From: a virus
Lineage: Duplodnaviria; Heunggongvirae; Uroviricota; Caudoviricetes
IMG/VR virus record: IMGVR_UViG_2526164651_000002
Length of the DNA: 8,743 nucleotides
Direction: 5' to 3' (one strand)
In this document: positions 1 through 8,743 of the stretch, in pieces
Numbering within the stretch: position 1 is the first letter of the stretch
Layout of the letters: each line of letters starts with the position of its first letter
Made by a program: the position numbers and the translations under genes
Notes under the pieces: model-generated
Seen by the model: only the letters and a program-made list of their open reading frames with translations
What the model was told of the DNA's origin: nothing
Databases searched by the model: none

Positions 1-662
<662 letters not shown>

Positions 663-890
663 TTTCGCATTGGCTAACTCCTTCGTGTATTTAGCATCGA
701 GTGCATCAGCAGCACGCTGGCGCTGCTGCATGTCAGTAATGGTTGCGTTCGCCAGCTTCAGTTCTCTTGCGTTTTTGTCGCGCTGCTCTTTGTAGGTAAT
801 GGCGTTATCACGGTAATGATTAACAGCCCATGACAGGCAGACGATGATGCAGATAACCAGAGCGGAGATAATCGCGGTGACTCTGCTCAT
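663..890 (-). pseudogene. Rz i-spanin, N-terminal ~75 codons, 3' end replaced by IS911
   Basis: [55 protein letters not shown]... has an N-terminal TM segment and coiled-coil start typical of lambdoid Rz. ATG at 888-890 overlaps the endolysin stop (ATGA). The frame runs into the IS911 terminus and stops at 660-662. Confidence 0.75.
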
Positions 891-1384
891 TGCTGCCCCC
901 ACAAACAGACTTCACGCTCAATCTCACGACGGGTCATCAGCCCTTTCCATTGCTTACCGCCAGCATATGTCCAGCGACGTAGCTGGTCACATGCGCCTTT
1001 GATATCGCCCTGGTTTATTTTGCGAAGAAGCGTCGATGTTCTGAAATTGCCAGCGCCCACGTTGTAAACGAACGAGTAAAGAGCGCCGCGCGTTGTTTCC
1101 GGTATATCGACTTTGATGTACGGGTTAATTTGTCTGGCGACAGTGACAAGGTCTTTATTCAGGAGAGCTTTGCATTCTGCTTCGGTATACGTTTTACCAG
1201 GCATGATGTCTTTTCCGGTGTGTCCGTGACATACAGCCCATACACCAATGATATCTTTGTATGGTATGTAGCTGACACCTTCCAGACCATCGTTACCACC
1301 TGGGCCAGTGATTAACACAGATGCTATAGCAACAGCCCCGCCACCAATAGCAACTGCAACAGCCTTGCGTAATGATGGCGACAT
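887..1384 (-). CDS. Phage lysozyme R, phage-21-type SAR endolysin (T4-lysozyme-like muramidase)
   Basis: 165 aa. The N-terminal Gly/Ala-rich weakly hydrophobic segment [20 protein letters not shown] is a SAR-domain signature. The E-x8-D-x5-T catalytic spacing ([24 protein letters not shown]) is present. Strong resemblance to R21 / DLP12 RrrD as recalled. Start overlaps the holin stop (TAATG). Confidence 0.9.
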   Translation of the reverse strand: MSPSLRKAVAVAIGGGAVAIASVLITGPGGNDGLEGVSYIPYKDIIGVWAVCHGHTGKDIMPGKTYTEAECKALLNKDLVTVARQINPYIKVDIPETTRGALYSFVYNVGAGNFRTSTLLRKINQGDIKGACDQLRRWTYAGGKQWKGLMTRREIEREVCLWGQQ

Positions 1385-1599
1385 TATTCACCTCTCGCAG
1401 CCTTACGCTTATCTTCTCTTATTTTGAAATACAGATTCGTCAGATAAGTCAGAAGCCCCAGAAGCAGACTTCCCAGCACACCAATCGCAGCCCACTGTGA
1501 TGGACTGACCTGATCCAACCACTGCAAAAACCAGTAGCCGGCACTGCCGGCGTAGGTGCCGTAGGCAATGCCTGTTGATATTTTTTCCATCTGATACAT
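1384..1599 (-). CDS. Class II holin (S21-like pinholin) with dual-start motif MYQM
   Basis: 71 aa: [71 protein letters not shown]. Two TM segments and a charged C-terminus. Met1 and Met4 give the antiholin/holin start pair. SD-like GGGGGCGGGA lies upstream. The ORF-track N-terminal extension to 1698 is rejected. Confidence 0.85.
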   Translation of the reverse strand: MYQMEKISTGIAYGTYAGSAGYWFLQWLDQVSPSQWAAIGVLGSLLLGLLTYLTNLYFKIREDKRKAARGE

Positions 1600-1630
1600 A
1601 TCCCGCCCCCGACAGACCTGTGCTATCGGA

Positions 1631-1663
1631 AAGAAAAAGGCCATCAGCAAAACTCTGATGGCC
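1631..1663 (-). terminator. Intrinsic terminator on the minus strand, ~30 nt upstream of the holin start
   Basis: Minus strand reads GGCCATCAG-agttttg-CTGATGGCC followed by TTTTTCTT (9-bp perfect stem, 7-nt loop, T-tract). Confidence 0.6.
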
Positions 1664-1772
1664 TGAATCACCTTTACCAATATTGTATGAAAAAACACGC
1701 ACGACTAATTGACAATAATTTTCATTTCCATTAAAAAAGATCGCGTAGCATTCTTAATTCATGAGGAACTTT

Positions 1773-1840
1773 ACCCGCCAGCAATCTGAGTAGCGAAAGC
1801 TGTTCATCCCCAATGTTTTTGCTGGCGGGTCCTTTTTTCT
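1773..1840 (+). repeat. 12-bp perfect inverted repeat (acccgccagcaa / ttgctggcgggt) separated by 34 nt, followed by T6 on the plus strand
   Basis: Seen directly: 1773-1784 and 1819-1830 are exact reverse complements; TTTTTT at 1834-1839. Function unknown (terminator-like for plus-strand transcripts, or a protein-binding palindrome). Confidence 0.7.
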
Positions 1841-2277
1841 ACGGTCCTCCTCCCCGGAGGGGGGCATTTCATTATTTTTCTAATCGTTACTGGTGAGAAG
1901 GCGGAAGAAAAAGCCAGTTCTTCGCCCCTAAATAACAGCATGATTCCAGTACATGCAAAATCTGATTTCCAGCTCACACATACCGAGTACTGTACAAAAA
2001 ACCGCCAACCAAGGCAGTTAAGAGTGTGTTCCCGGGGTTTGCTTAGAATATTTTGTAAGTTGTCCGAAGAGATATTTACAACACCAGAATGATGCATTAT
2101 CAGTCCCCTGCCAGAGGTTCACTACGTAACCTGACCGACAATGCACCATTCTGGTGCTGAAAAAAGAGCACTGGAACTGCAACAAAACAACATCACAGAA
2201 CAGGAGATGGTAAGGAGTCAGACATTCCCACACAATATTGTGTCAGTGCAAATAACAACCTTCGTCTCAAATCTCGC

Positions 2278-2352
<75 letters not shown>

Positions 2353-2355
2353 ATA

Positions 2356-2431
<76 letters not shown>

Positions 2432-2433
2432 GC

Positions 2434-2510
2434 TGGCCCACCACCGAGGACTCGAACCTCGCACCGTCAACTTAGAAGGTTGATGCTCTATCCGGATGAG
2501 CTAGTGGTGG
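2434..2510 (-). tRNA. tRNA-Arg (anticodon UCU), decodes AGA
   Basis: Reverse complement CCACCACTAGCTCATCCGGATAGAGCATCAACCTTCTAAGTTGACGGTGCGAGGTTCGAGTCCTCGGTGGTGGGCCA. 7-bp acceptor, D-stem GCTC/GAGC, anticodon stem TCAAC/GTTGA with loop CUUCUAA, T-arm CGAGG-TTCGAGT-CCTCG. The 5' C start is unusual; exact ends need tRNAscan. Confidence 0.75.
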
Positions 2511-2512
2511 TT

Positions 2513-2588
2513 GGTGGCCCTTGCTGGACTTGAACCAGCGACCTGGCGATTATGAGTCGCTCGCTCTGACCAACTGAGCTAAAGGGCC
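2513..2588 (-). tRNA. tRNA with CAU anticodon, ileX-like (probably lysidine-modified tRNA-Ile2 reading AUA; elongator Met not excluded)
   Basis: Reverse complement GGCCCTTTAGCTCAGTTGGTCAGAGCGAGCGACTCATAATCGCCAGGTCGCTGGTTCAAGTCCAGCAAGGGCCACCA. Anticodon loop CUCAUAA. Acceptor and anticodon arms closely resemble E. coli ileX as recalled. Confidence 0.8.
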
Positions 2589-2597
2589 GGAGGCAGA

Positions 2598-2626
2598 ATA
2601 ATAACCATATGTCATCACATCTGCAA
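2598..2626 (-). promoter_or_regulatory. Candidate sigma70 promoter for the tRNA array (-35 TTGCAG, 17-bp spacer, -10 TATTAT)
   Basis: Minus strand reads TTGCAG-atgtgatgacatatggt-TATTAT-tctgcctcc, then the first tRNA begins at 2588. Sequence inspection only. Confidence 0.4.
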
Positions 2627-2676
2627 ACTCATCTGACCACCAGCACGTTTAACGTCCTGTGCCGTTTTTCAGGTAT

Positions 2677-2705
2677 AAAAAAACCCGCATAAAGCGGGCT
2701 CTTTC
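2677..2705 (-). terminator. Intrinsic terminator downstream of the putative Q gene (candidate tR')
   Basis: Minus strand reads gaaagag-CCCGC-TTTAT-GCGGG-TTTTTTT, a GC stem with a 7-T tract, ~75 nt after the Q-like stop codon. Confidence 0.7.
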
Positions 2706-2777
2706 AAATGTCCATGTCTGCTATTCGCCTCGCGGTACAGCTTTGCGAAGCGTACAAGAATTGAAGCAGTTTTTACG

Positions 2778-3332
2778 TCAAAAAGCAATAACTTTTTTCT
2801 CTATACCAAAAGCCATAACCATTGGTTTGTACAAAATAAATTCTGCCACCTTTAGCCAATGCTCAATGCGTCTTTCACAGGTTCTTAAACTCCATTTCGG
2901 GTGTGCATCATTCAGCAGTTCAGCCATTTTGCGTTTGGTCATCCCCCGCCCCTCATACCGTTGCCGAAGGACGCTAATCAATCCTGGATGCTCTGCCAGC
3001 ACCTCACTTATGACCCGATCAATACATAACGCCTCTGCATCAGTACAATGCGCCAGCCAGCTCTTTTGCTTACCGTTAATCATATCCCGCAAAAAAGCCT
3101 CAAGTTCAGACTTGTTCAGACCTGCTTTTTTCATCCTCCGGAGCGCCTCGTTAATTGCCGTTTTTGTCAGCTTTTTAGAGGTCAACATCAGGTTAAACAT
3201 ATTCCCCGTCTTACCGCCACCAATATACGACCAGCGCCCCCACATACGTAGTTTTCCCTGAATCCAGACACTTTCCAGCGTGGTGAGACGAAGGTGTTCT
3301 CCGCTTTTTCCTGTATTCGTTGGGTAAATCAT
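2778..3332 (-). CDS. Putative late-gene antiterminator Q (phage antitermination-Q-like), 184 aa
   Basis: Position is canonical: after nin-region genes and before a terminator and the lysis cassette. Start at 3330-3332 is preceded by AGGAGG with a 7-nt spacer and overlaps the upstream stop (ATGA). Family assignment is from recollection plus context, not a search; the ORF-track extension to 3452 is rejected. Confidence 0.5.
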   Translation of the reverse strand: MIYPTNTGKSGEHLRLTTLESVWIQGKLRMWGRWSYIGGGKTGNMFNLMLTSKKLTKTAINEALRRMKKAGLNKSELEAFLRDMINGKQKSWLAHCTDAEALCIDRVISEVLAEHPGLISVLRQRYEGRGMTKRKMAELLNDAHPKWSLRTCERRIEHWLKVAEFILYKPMVMAFGIEKKVIAF

Positions 3333-3619
3333 AAATATCCCTCCTTTCTCCAGATTTCTTGTGTGCGAAAAACACCTTCTGCATGCATCAGGCGTAATTC
3401 TTCTTTGGTGTAATCGCTGGTTTTTACCCGCCCGTCGATTAAATCGTGGCACGAGCTACAGGCAATCGCTGCCTGCATATCGTGTGGCTTTATCGCTGTT
3501 CCGCACGTTCCCGCCAGTCGGTAATGCGCCAGCACAGACGTTTCCGGATCGTGATTGCAGTAGCCAGGAATTCTGACGGTGCACATCTGCCCCCGCGCCG
3601 CTTTAAGTAAATCCACCAT
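3329..3619 (-). CDS. YbcO-like nin-region protein (DUF1364, putative Zn-binding nuclease), 96 aa
   Basis: MVDLLKAARGQMCTVRIPGYCNHDPETSVLAHYRLAGTCGTAIKPHDMQAAIACSSCHDLID... has the cysteine pattern and length of DLP12 YbcO as recalled. Translationally coupled to both neighbours (TAATG at 3617-3621, ATGA at 3329-3332). Confidence 0.6.
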   Translation of the reverse strand: MVDLLKAARGQMCTVRIPGYCNHDPETSVLAHYRLAGTCGTAIKPHDMQAAIACSSCHDLIDGRVKTSDYTKEELRLMHAEGVFRTQEIWRKEGYL

Positions 3620-4218
3620 TACGCAAACTCCAGCAGCTGCGCGGCCACATTTTCGACTTGTTCCGGAGAGGAAAATTTACGGAACAGAATCCAGTTCCAC
3701 AGCACATTCAGTACAGATTTATAAACCTGCTGAAACTCGGTTTCGTCCATATTCGCAAACGCGATAGATTTCGCCCGACACCCACGGCTACCGTCCGGAT
3801 AAAAATGCTCGGTGTAAAATCCGGCCTGAATGGCTACCCACTCGCGGAAAGCCTCAAACGACTTTAGCAATGCCGTATCACGGGTTCTGCGTGTCGCAAC
3901 TGTATTCAGATATTGCTCTGCGGCTTCGCTCAGAGCTGGCGTATGTTCCCGGCCTACTGATTCACACAGGTAATCAACGAAACCGGACACCAGTTTTCGT
4001 TCGCGAGGCGTGATCGCCCCACCGATCGGAGTCCAGTAATCGAAACCCAGTTGCAGGAGTTTGAAAAAACGCTTGTGGAATGCGTAGTTACGCACACGCT
4101 TAAAGTCTGCGTGTATCCACTCACCTATTTTGATTTGATGCAGAAAATCGCAACTCTCCGGCGTCGCCGGGAGAAGTAATCCGGAAGAGGTTTGTTTGAC
4201 CAGTTGTATATGTGCCAT
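3619..4218 (-). CDS. YbcN-like nin-region protein (DUF1367 family), 199 aa
   Basis: Start MAHIQLVKQ... at 4216-4218 has the RBS GGAGAAAG. Motifs FHKRFFKLLQLGFDYWTP and AKSIAFANMDETEF resemble the YbcN family as recalled. The ORF-track upstream extension to 4260 is rejected. Confidence 0.5.
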   Translation of the reverse strand: MAHIQLVKQTSSGLLLPATPESCDFLHQIKIGEWIHADFKRVRNYAFHKRFFKLLQLGFDYWTPIGGAITPRERKLVSGFVDYLCESVGREHTPALSEAAEQYLNTVATRRTRDTALLKSFEAFREWVAIQAGFYTEHFYPDGSRGCRAKSIAFANMDETEFQQVYKSVLNVLWNWILFRKFSSPEQVENVAAQLLEFA

Positions 4219-4256
4219 CGGCTTTCTCCGGTGGCACGGTGTTACACAGCAGGAGT

Positions 4257-4544
4257 TCAATCCTGCTCAAGATTGTAGATGAGTTTATTCTTCAGCAAAA
4301 GCAGAAAACCAGCCTTAAAACCAATCTCTTTCAAAACCCGTAATGATGTGACAAATTCGTCCTCACGCAAAATAAAACCGTCCGTCAGAAGTCCATTACA
4401 AAAATAAAATAACACAGCACCGCTCTTCCTTTGTTGAGATTGCAAACATCTAATGCGGCAATGGCTGACAATCGCTCCATTCTCAACGCGCACAGCATAG
4501 AGGCCATTTTCACTAAAAATTTCACGCAATTCTTCGATTTTCAT
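4257..4544 (-). CDS. Hypothetical protein, 95 aa, no family recognised
   Basis: ORF with a plausible RBS (GGAAGGA ~8 nt upstream of the ATG at 4542-4544). Lies between the hok terminator and the nin genes. Confidence 0.4.
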   Translation of the reverse strand: MKIEELREIFSENGLYAVRVENGAIVSHCRIRCLQSQQRKSGAVLFYFCNGLLTDGFILREDEFVTSLRVLKEIGFKAGFLLLLKNKLIYNLEQD

Positions 4545-4664
4545 CTTCAGAATCCTTCCAGATAAATAGCTCTCCCCTGTTCGGGGTCCATCCCTCTTCT
4601 CCCTGCGCGCTACTTAAGTGAGTCGATTCTATCTGCGAAGGTGCGCGAATCAAATTCACCGGAA

Positions 4665-4716
4665 ATAAACAACAAAAAACCCGCCGAAACGCTGAGAGAT
4701 CACAGCGATGGGCGGG
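4665..4716 (-). terminator. Terminator-like stem-loop with T-tract downstream of hok (also a candidate hok mRNA 3' fold-back element)
   Basis: Minus strand reads CCCGCC-cat-CGCTG-tgatctct-CAGCG-tttc-GGCGGG followed by TTTTTTGTTGTTT. Confidence 0.5.
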
Positions 4717-4793
4717 TTAAGTGCGGGTGCGTTGAGGATGCCTGACACATCAGAGGTGGGCGGGGATGGGATCAGCTCCCCACCCGGTCACTC

Positions 4794-4949
4794 TTACTTC
4801 CTGGATTCGTAGTCTACGAAGACAGCGACCTCCGTCTGGCCGGTTCGGATTCGTACCTCACAGAGGTCTTTCCTCGTTACCAGTGCCGTCACTATGACGG
4901 TTAAACAGATGACGATCAGGGCGATTAACATCGCCTTTTGCTGCTTCAT
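4794..4949 (-). CDS. hok: Hok/Gef-family type I toxin, 51 aa
   Basis: MKQQKAMLIALIVICLTVIVTALVTRKDLCEVRIRTGQTEVAVFVDYESRK has the single TM helix and conserved C-terminal CEVRIR...EVAVF motif; very close to HokD/RelF as recalled. RBS AAGGAG lies 9 nt upstream. The in-frame upstream extension to 5006 may be a mok-like leader frame. Confidence 0.85.
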   Translation of the reverse strand: MKQQKAMLIALIVICLTVIVTALVTRKDLCEVRIRTGQTEVAVFVDYESRK

Positions 4950-5176
4950 AGCCTGCTTCTCCTTGCCTTTCGGCATGTAAGAGGCTAACCTACATGTGCA
5001 AAGCATGAAATTGGCCTCAGATTAATGTTAAGCGTCTTGCCGGACGCGTAATGTTAACTGGGGCTTTTCTCTATCTGCCTTTTGGTGTTCATGCCTGAAG
5101 CAGATAGCCTCAAGCACCCGCAGTCATTCTACTTACCTCGCCAATATGAAATCAATCAGAAAGGTGCCCCATAAAA

Positions 5177-5863
5177 TCACTCCTTCTCTTCTTTACCGTA
5201 GTGGAGTTGACCAATTTTGATAAGAGGGCGTCCCTGAGATTTGCGGTGTAGATTGGTATCGCGCAGAGAATACACACAGCCACAATATTCCTGCTGATAG
5301 AATTTTTCGCGCTTGCTGATTTCAATCATACGGGACGAGCCGCCCTGCTTGCGCCAGTTATAATCCCAGTACACCATGCCCGGATAATGCGCGACGGCTC
5401 GCCGCCCACAGTCGTTAACCTGCTGCATATTTTTCCAGCGTGAAATGCCCAGTGAACTGCTGATCACACTGAAACCATTTTCAGCGGCGTACAGCGCTGT
5501 CCGCTCAAAACGCATGTCAAAACACATGGTGCAACGGATCCCTCGTTCGGGCTCCCATTCCATTCCTTTGGCTCGTTCAAACCAGTTGTCTGTGTCGTAA
5601 TCAGCATCAATAAACGGCACGCCGTGTTGTTCAGCAAAGCGAATATTCTCATCCTTACGAATTAAATACTCTTTCTGAGGATGAATGTTCGGGTTGTAGA
5701 AAAAGATGGTGTAGTCGATTCCCGAGGCCTGAAGCGCCTCCATCACCTCACCGGAACATGGAGCACAGCAAGAGTGCAGTAGTAGTTTGTTTGCCCCGTT
5801 TGGGAGCTCCAATTTGGGCCGTTTGAAATCAGCAACTGTCATAAATATGTTTATTGGGGTCAT
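5177..5863 (-). CDS. QueH-like epoxyqueuosine reductase (DUF208 family), 228 aa
   Basis: Hallmark motifs [30 protein letters not shown] and [12 protein letters not shown] match the DUF208/QueH signature as recalled. The true start (Met1 or Met8) is uncertain and neither has a clear SD. Confidence 0.7.
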   Translation of the reverse strand: MTPINIFMTVADFKRPKLELPNGANKLLLHSCCAPCSGEVMEALQASGIDYTIFFYNPNIHPQKEYLIRKDENIRFAEQHGVPFIDADYDTDNWFERAKGMEWEPERGIRCTMCFDMRFERTALYAAENGFSVISSSLGISRWKNMQQVNDCGRRAVAHYPGMVYWDYNWRKQGGSSRMIEISKREKFYQQEYCGCVYSLRDTNLHRKSQGRPLIKIGQLHYGKEEKE

Positions 5864-6082
5864 AAAAATATCAAAGAGTGTAGCATTAGAACGGGGCTAT
5901 CGGAAACAGATGTGTGACTGCTCCCCGCCCTTTCGGGCGGTCTCCTGATGATTTGAGGGTGCAGAAATCCCTCCGGTTAAGGATTAAATTTTTAACAGTG
6001 CTAAATTTAATTATTCAGTTCTGGATTTTGTCGCCCTGCGTATCCGCGCTTTCGCGTTACGCTCAATCTGTATCTGAAGTGG

Positions 6083-7260
<1,178 letters not shown>

Positions 7261-7322
7261 GTGTTGTTCTGAGGTGAGCATATCACCTCTGTTCAGGTGG
7301 CCAAATTCAGTGTGCCACTTCA

Positions 7323-7397
7323 AACTGAATTTATGCCAGCAATGGCAGGGATTCGCTCAACCTTAATTAAGGAGAAAAACATGAACACCAATTATGA
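7323..7397 (+). other. 75-bp orphan segment between IS911 and IS1, holding an RBS and the first six codons (MNTNYE) of an unidentified gene cut by IS1
   Basis: aaggagaaaaacATGAACACCAATTATGAG runs straight into the IS1 terminus at 7398. Confidence 0.4.
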
Positions 7398-7412
7398 GGT
7401 AATGACTCCAAC

Positions 7413-7916
7413 TTACTGATAGTGTTTTATGTTCAGATAATGCCCGATGACCTTGTCATGCAGCTCCACCGATTTTGAGAACGACAGTGACTTCCGTCCC
7501 AGCCTTGCCAGATGTTGTCTCAGATTCAGATTATGTCGCTCAATGCGCTGAGTGTAACGCTTGCTGATAACGTGCAGCTTTCCCTTCAGGCGTGATTCAT
7601 ACAGCGGACAGCCATCCGTCATCCATACCACGACCTCAAAGGCCGACAGCAGGCTCAGAAGACGCTCCAGTGTGGCCAGAGTGCGTTCACCGAAGACGTG
7701 CGCCACAACAGTCCTCCGTATCCTGTCATACGCGTAAAACAGCCAGCGCTGACGTGATTTAGCACCGACGTAGCCCCACTGTTCGTCCATTTCAGCGCAG
7801 ACAATCACATCACTGCCCGGTTGTATGCGCGAGGTTACCGACTGCGGCCTGAGTTTTTTAAGTGACGTAAAACCCTGTTGAGGCCAACGCCCATAATGCG
7901 TGCACTGGCGCGACAT
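7413..7916 (-). CDS. insB: IS1 InsB frame (expressed as the InsAB' transposase by -1 frameshift)
   Basis: 167-aa ORF with the typical IS1 InsB sequence; slippery TTAAAAAACTC lies on the minus strand around 7851-7860. Confidence 0.9.
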   Translation of the reverse strand: MSRQCTHYGRWPQQGFTSLKKLRPQSVTSRIQPGSDVIVCAEMDEQWGYVGAKSRQRWLFYAYDRIRRTVVAHVFGERTLATLERLLSLLSAFEVVVWMTDGCPLYESRLKGKLHVISKRYTQRIERHNLNLRQHLARLGRKSLSFSKSVELHDKVIGHYLNIKHYQ

Positions 7917-8110
7917 CCGACGCCATTCATGGCCATATCAATGATTTTCTGGTGCGTACCGGGCTGAGAGGCGGTGTAAGTGAACTGTAGTTGCCATGTT
8001 TTACGGCAATGAGAGCAGAGATAGCGCTGATGTCCGGCAGTGCTTTTGCCGTTACGCACCACGCCTTCAGTAGCGGAGCAGGAAGGACATCTGATGGAAA
8101 TGGAAGCCAC
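7835..8110 (-). CDS. insA: IS1 InsA (zinc-finger/HTH transposition regulator)
   Basis: 91 aa, [40 protein letters not shown]..., the canonical InsA sequence. Confidence 0.92.
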   Translation of the reverse strand: MASISIRCPSCSATEGVVRNGKSTAGHQRYLCSHCRKTWQLQFTYTASQPGTHQKIIDMAMNGVGCRASARIMGVGLNRVLRHLKNSGRSR

Positions 8111-8165
8111 GCAAGCACCTTAAAATCACCATCATACACTAAATCAGTAAGTTGGCAGCATTACC

Positions 8166-8743
8166 GTCTTGCCGAAGAAGATCCAGCTTCTGCAACCAGG
8201 CCATTCAGAACTGAAGTGAAGCGCAGTCGACTGTTAATTGACGAGTATCTGTTAATCAGGAAAATAGCAGACGTCCAGAACGAATGGTTCGGCCTTTGCA
8301 TGGATCTTGCACTGGTAACAGGACAGCGCGAAGGAGATCTGGCGGCTATGAGATGGGAGGATATAAGAGATGGCAGGCTATACGTGGAACAACAAAAAAC
8401 AGGGGCAAAAATTCGCATTTCTCTCCCCACCACGATTTCCAGATTGAATTTAACACTTGCCGATGTACTGGATAACTTGAAAAAAATAAACGGTAAAAAC
8501 GAAAAGTTACTCGGAGGGAAGACAGCCAGGACAATCGCAGCACAGTTCAGGATTGCCCGAGACACATCCGGATTGAAATGGGAAGGTGACCCACCGCCAT
8601 TTCATGAAATCCGAAGTTTATCCGGTCGCCTGCACTCAGCAGAAAAAGGCAGTGATTTCACTCAGGCGCTCCTTGGACATCGTTCATCCAGCATGACGGA
8701 TAAATACCGTGACGGACGAGGGAGGGAATGGAAAGACATTTAG
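8166..8743 (+). pseudogene. Lambda-Int-like tyrosine integrase, C-terminal catalytic domain only (~191 codons), 5' part removed at the IS1 junction
   Basis: ...CMDLALVTGQREGD..., YVEQQKTGAKI, FHEIRSLSGRL, LLGHRSS and MTDKYRDGRGREWKDI align residue by residue with the lambda Int R-K-H-R-H-Y catalytic region as recalled. Stop TAG at 8741-8743. The first 58 codons of ORF 7991..8743 are IS1 sequence. Confidence 0.9.

Larger units (their letters stand above)
7398..8165 (-). mobile_element. IS1, complete 768-bp copy
   Basis: Terminal inverted repeats ggtaatgactccaacttactgat (7398-) and atcagtaagttggcagcattacc (-8165). Carries insA and insB with the A6C frameshift motif. The 9 bp on either side (caattatga and gtcttgccg) are unrelated, so there is no target-site duplication. 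Confidence 0.95.

Noticed and set aside
1409-1702. 97-aa minus-strand ORF overlapping the holin region
   Set aside because: It is an alternative frame across the holin gene and terminator with no RBS or family signature; the holin frame explains the region.
1804-2233. Two overlapping minus-strand ORFs (97 and 71 aa) between the tRNAs and the holin
   Set aside because: No RBS, they overlap each other in different frames and have no recognisable motifs; treated as non-coding, and whether a stx-like or other cargo gene was lost here is unknown.
2659-3261. 200-aa plus-strand ORF
   Set aside because: Lies entirely antisense to the putative Q gene, has a low-complexity composition and no recognisable domain.
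8161-8565. 134-aa and 65-aa minus-strand ORFs in the integrase region
   Set aside because: Antisense to the well-supported integrase frame, with no independent support.
7991-8743. 250-aa plus-strand ORF that looks like a complete integrase
   Set aside because: Its first ~58 codons are read from inside IS1 (antisense to insA). Only 8166-8743 is integrase sequence, so the gene is truncated, not intact.

Overview
The window is an IS-riddled remnant of a lambdoid prophage, of the kind typical of Escherichia/Shigella chromosomes. All identifications are from reading the sequence and from recalled family signatures; no database search was run. From high to low coordinate on the minus strand it carries a QueH-like (DUF208) gene, a hok-family type I toxin, an unknown 95-aa ORF, nin-region genes (YbcN-like, YbcO-like), a putative Q antiterminator, an intrinsic terminator, a tightly packed four-tRNA array (CAU, UCU, UGU, UCC anticodons), a second terminator, and a phage-21-type lysis cassette (pinholin, SAR endolysin, Rz fragment). 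The spanin gene Rz is cut by a partial IS911 copy at 1-662. A second, complete IS911 (6075-7322, inverted relative to the first) and a complete IS1 (7398-8165) replace the early region. IS1 abuts the 3' two-thirds of a lambda-Int-like integrase gene that runs to the window end (stop at 8741-8743). Neither complete IS has matching target-site duplications, so the region has been rearranged. The most interesting items are the QueH-like tRNA-modification gene as prophage cargo beside a tRNA array whose anticodons all read rare A-ending codons, the hok locus, and the inverted IS911 pair bracketing the 5.4-kb late-region segment. No CRISPR array, stx genes or obvious defence operon were seen.
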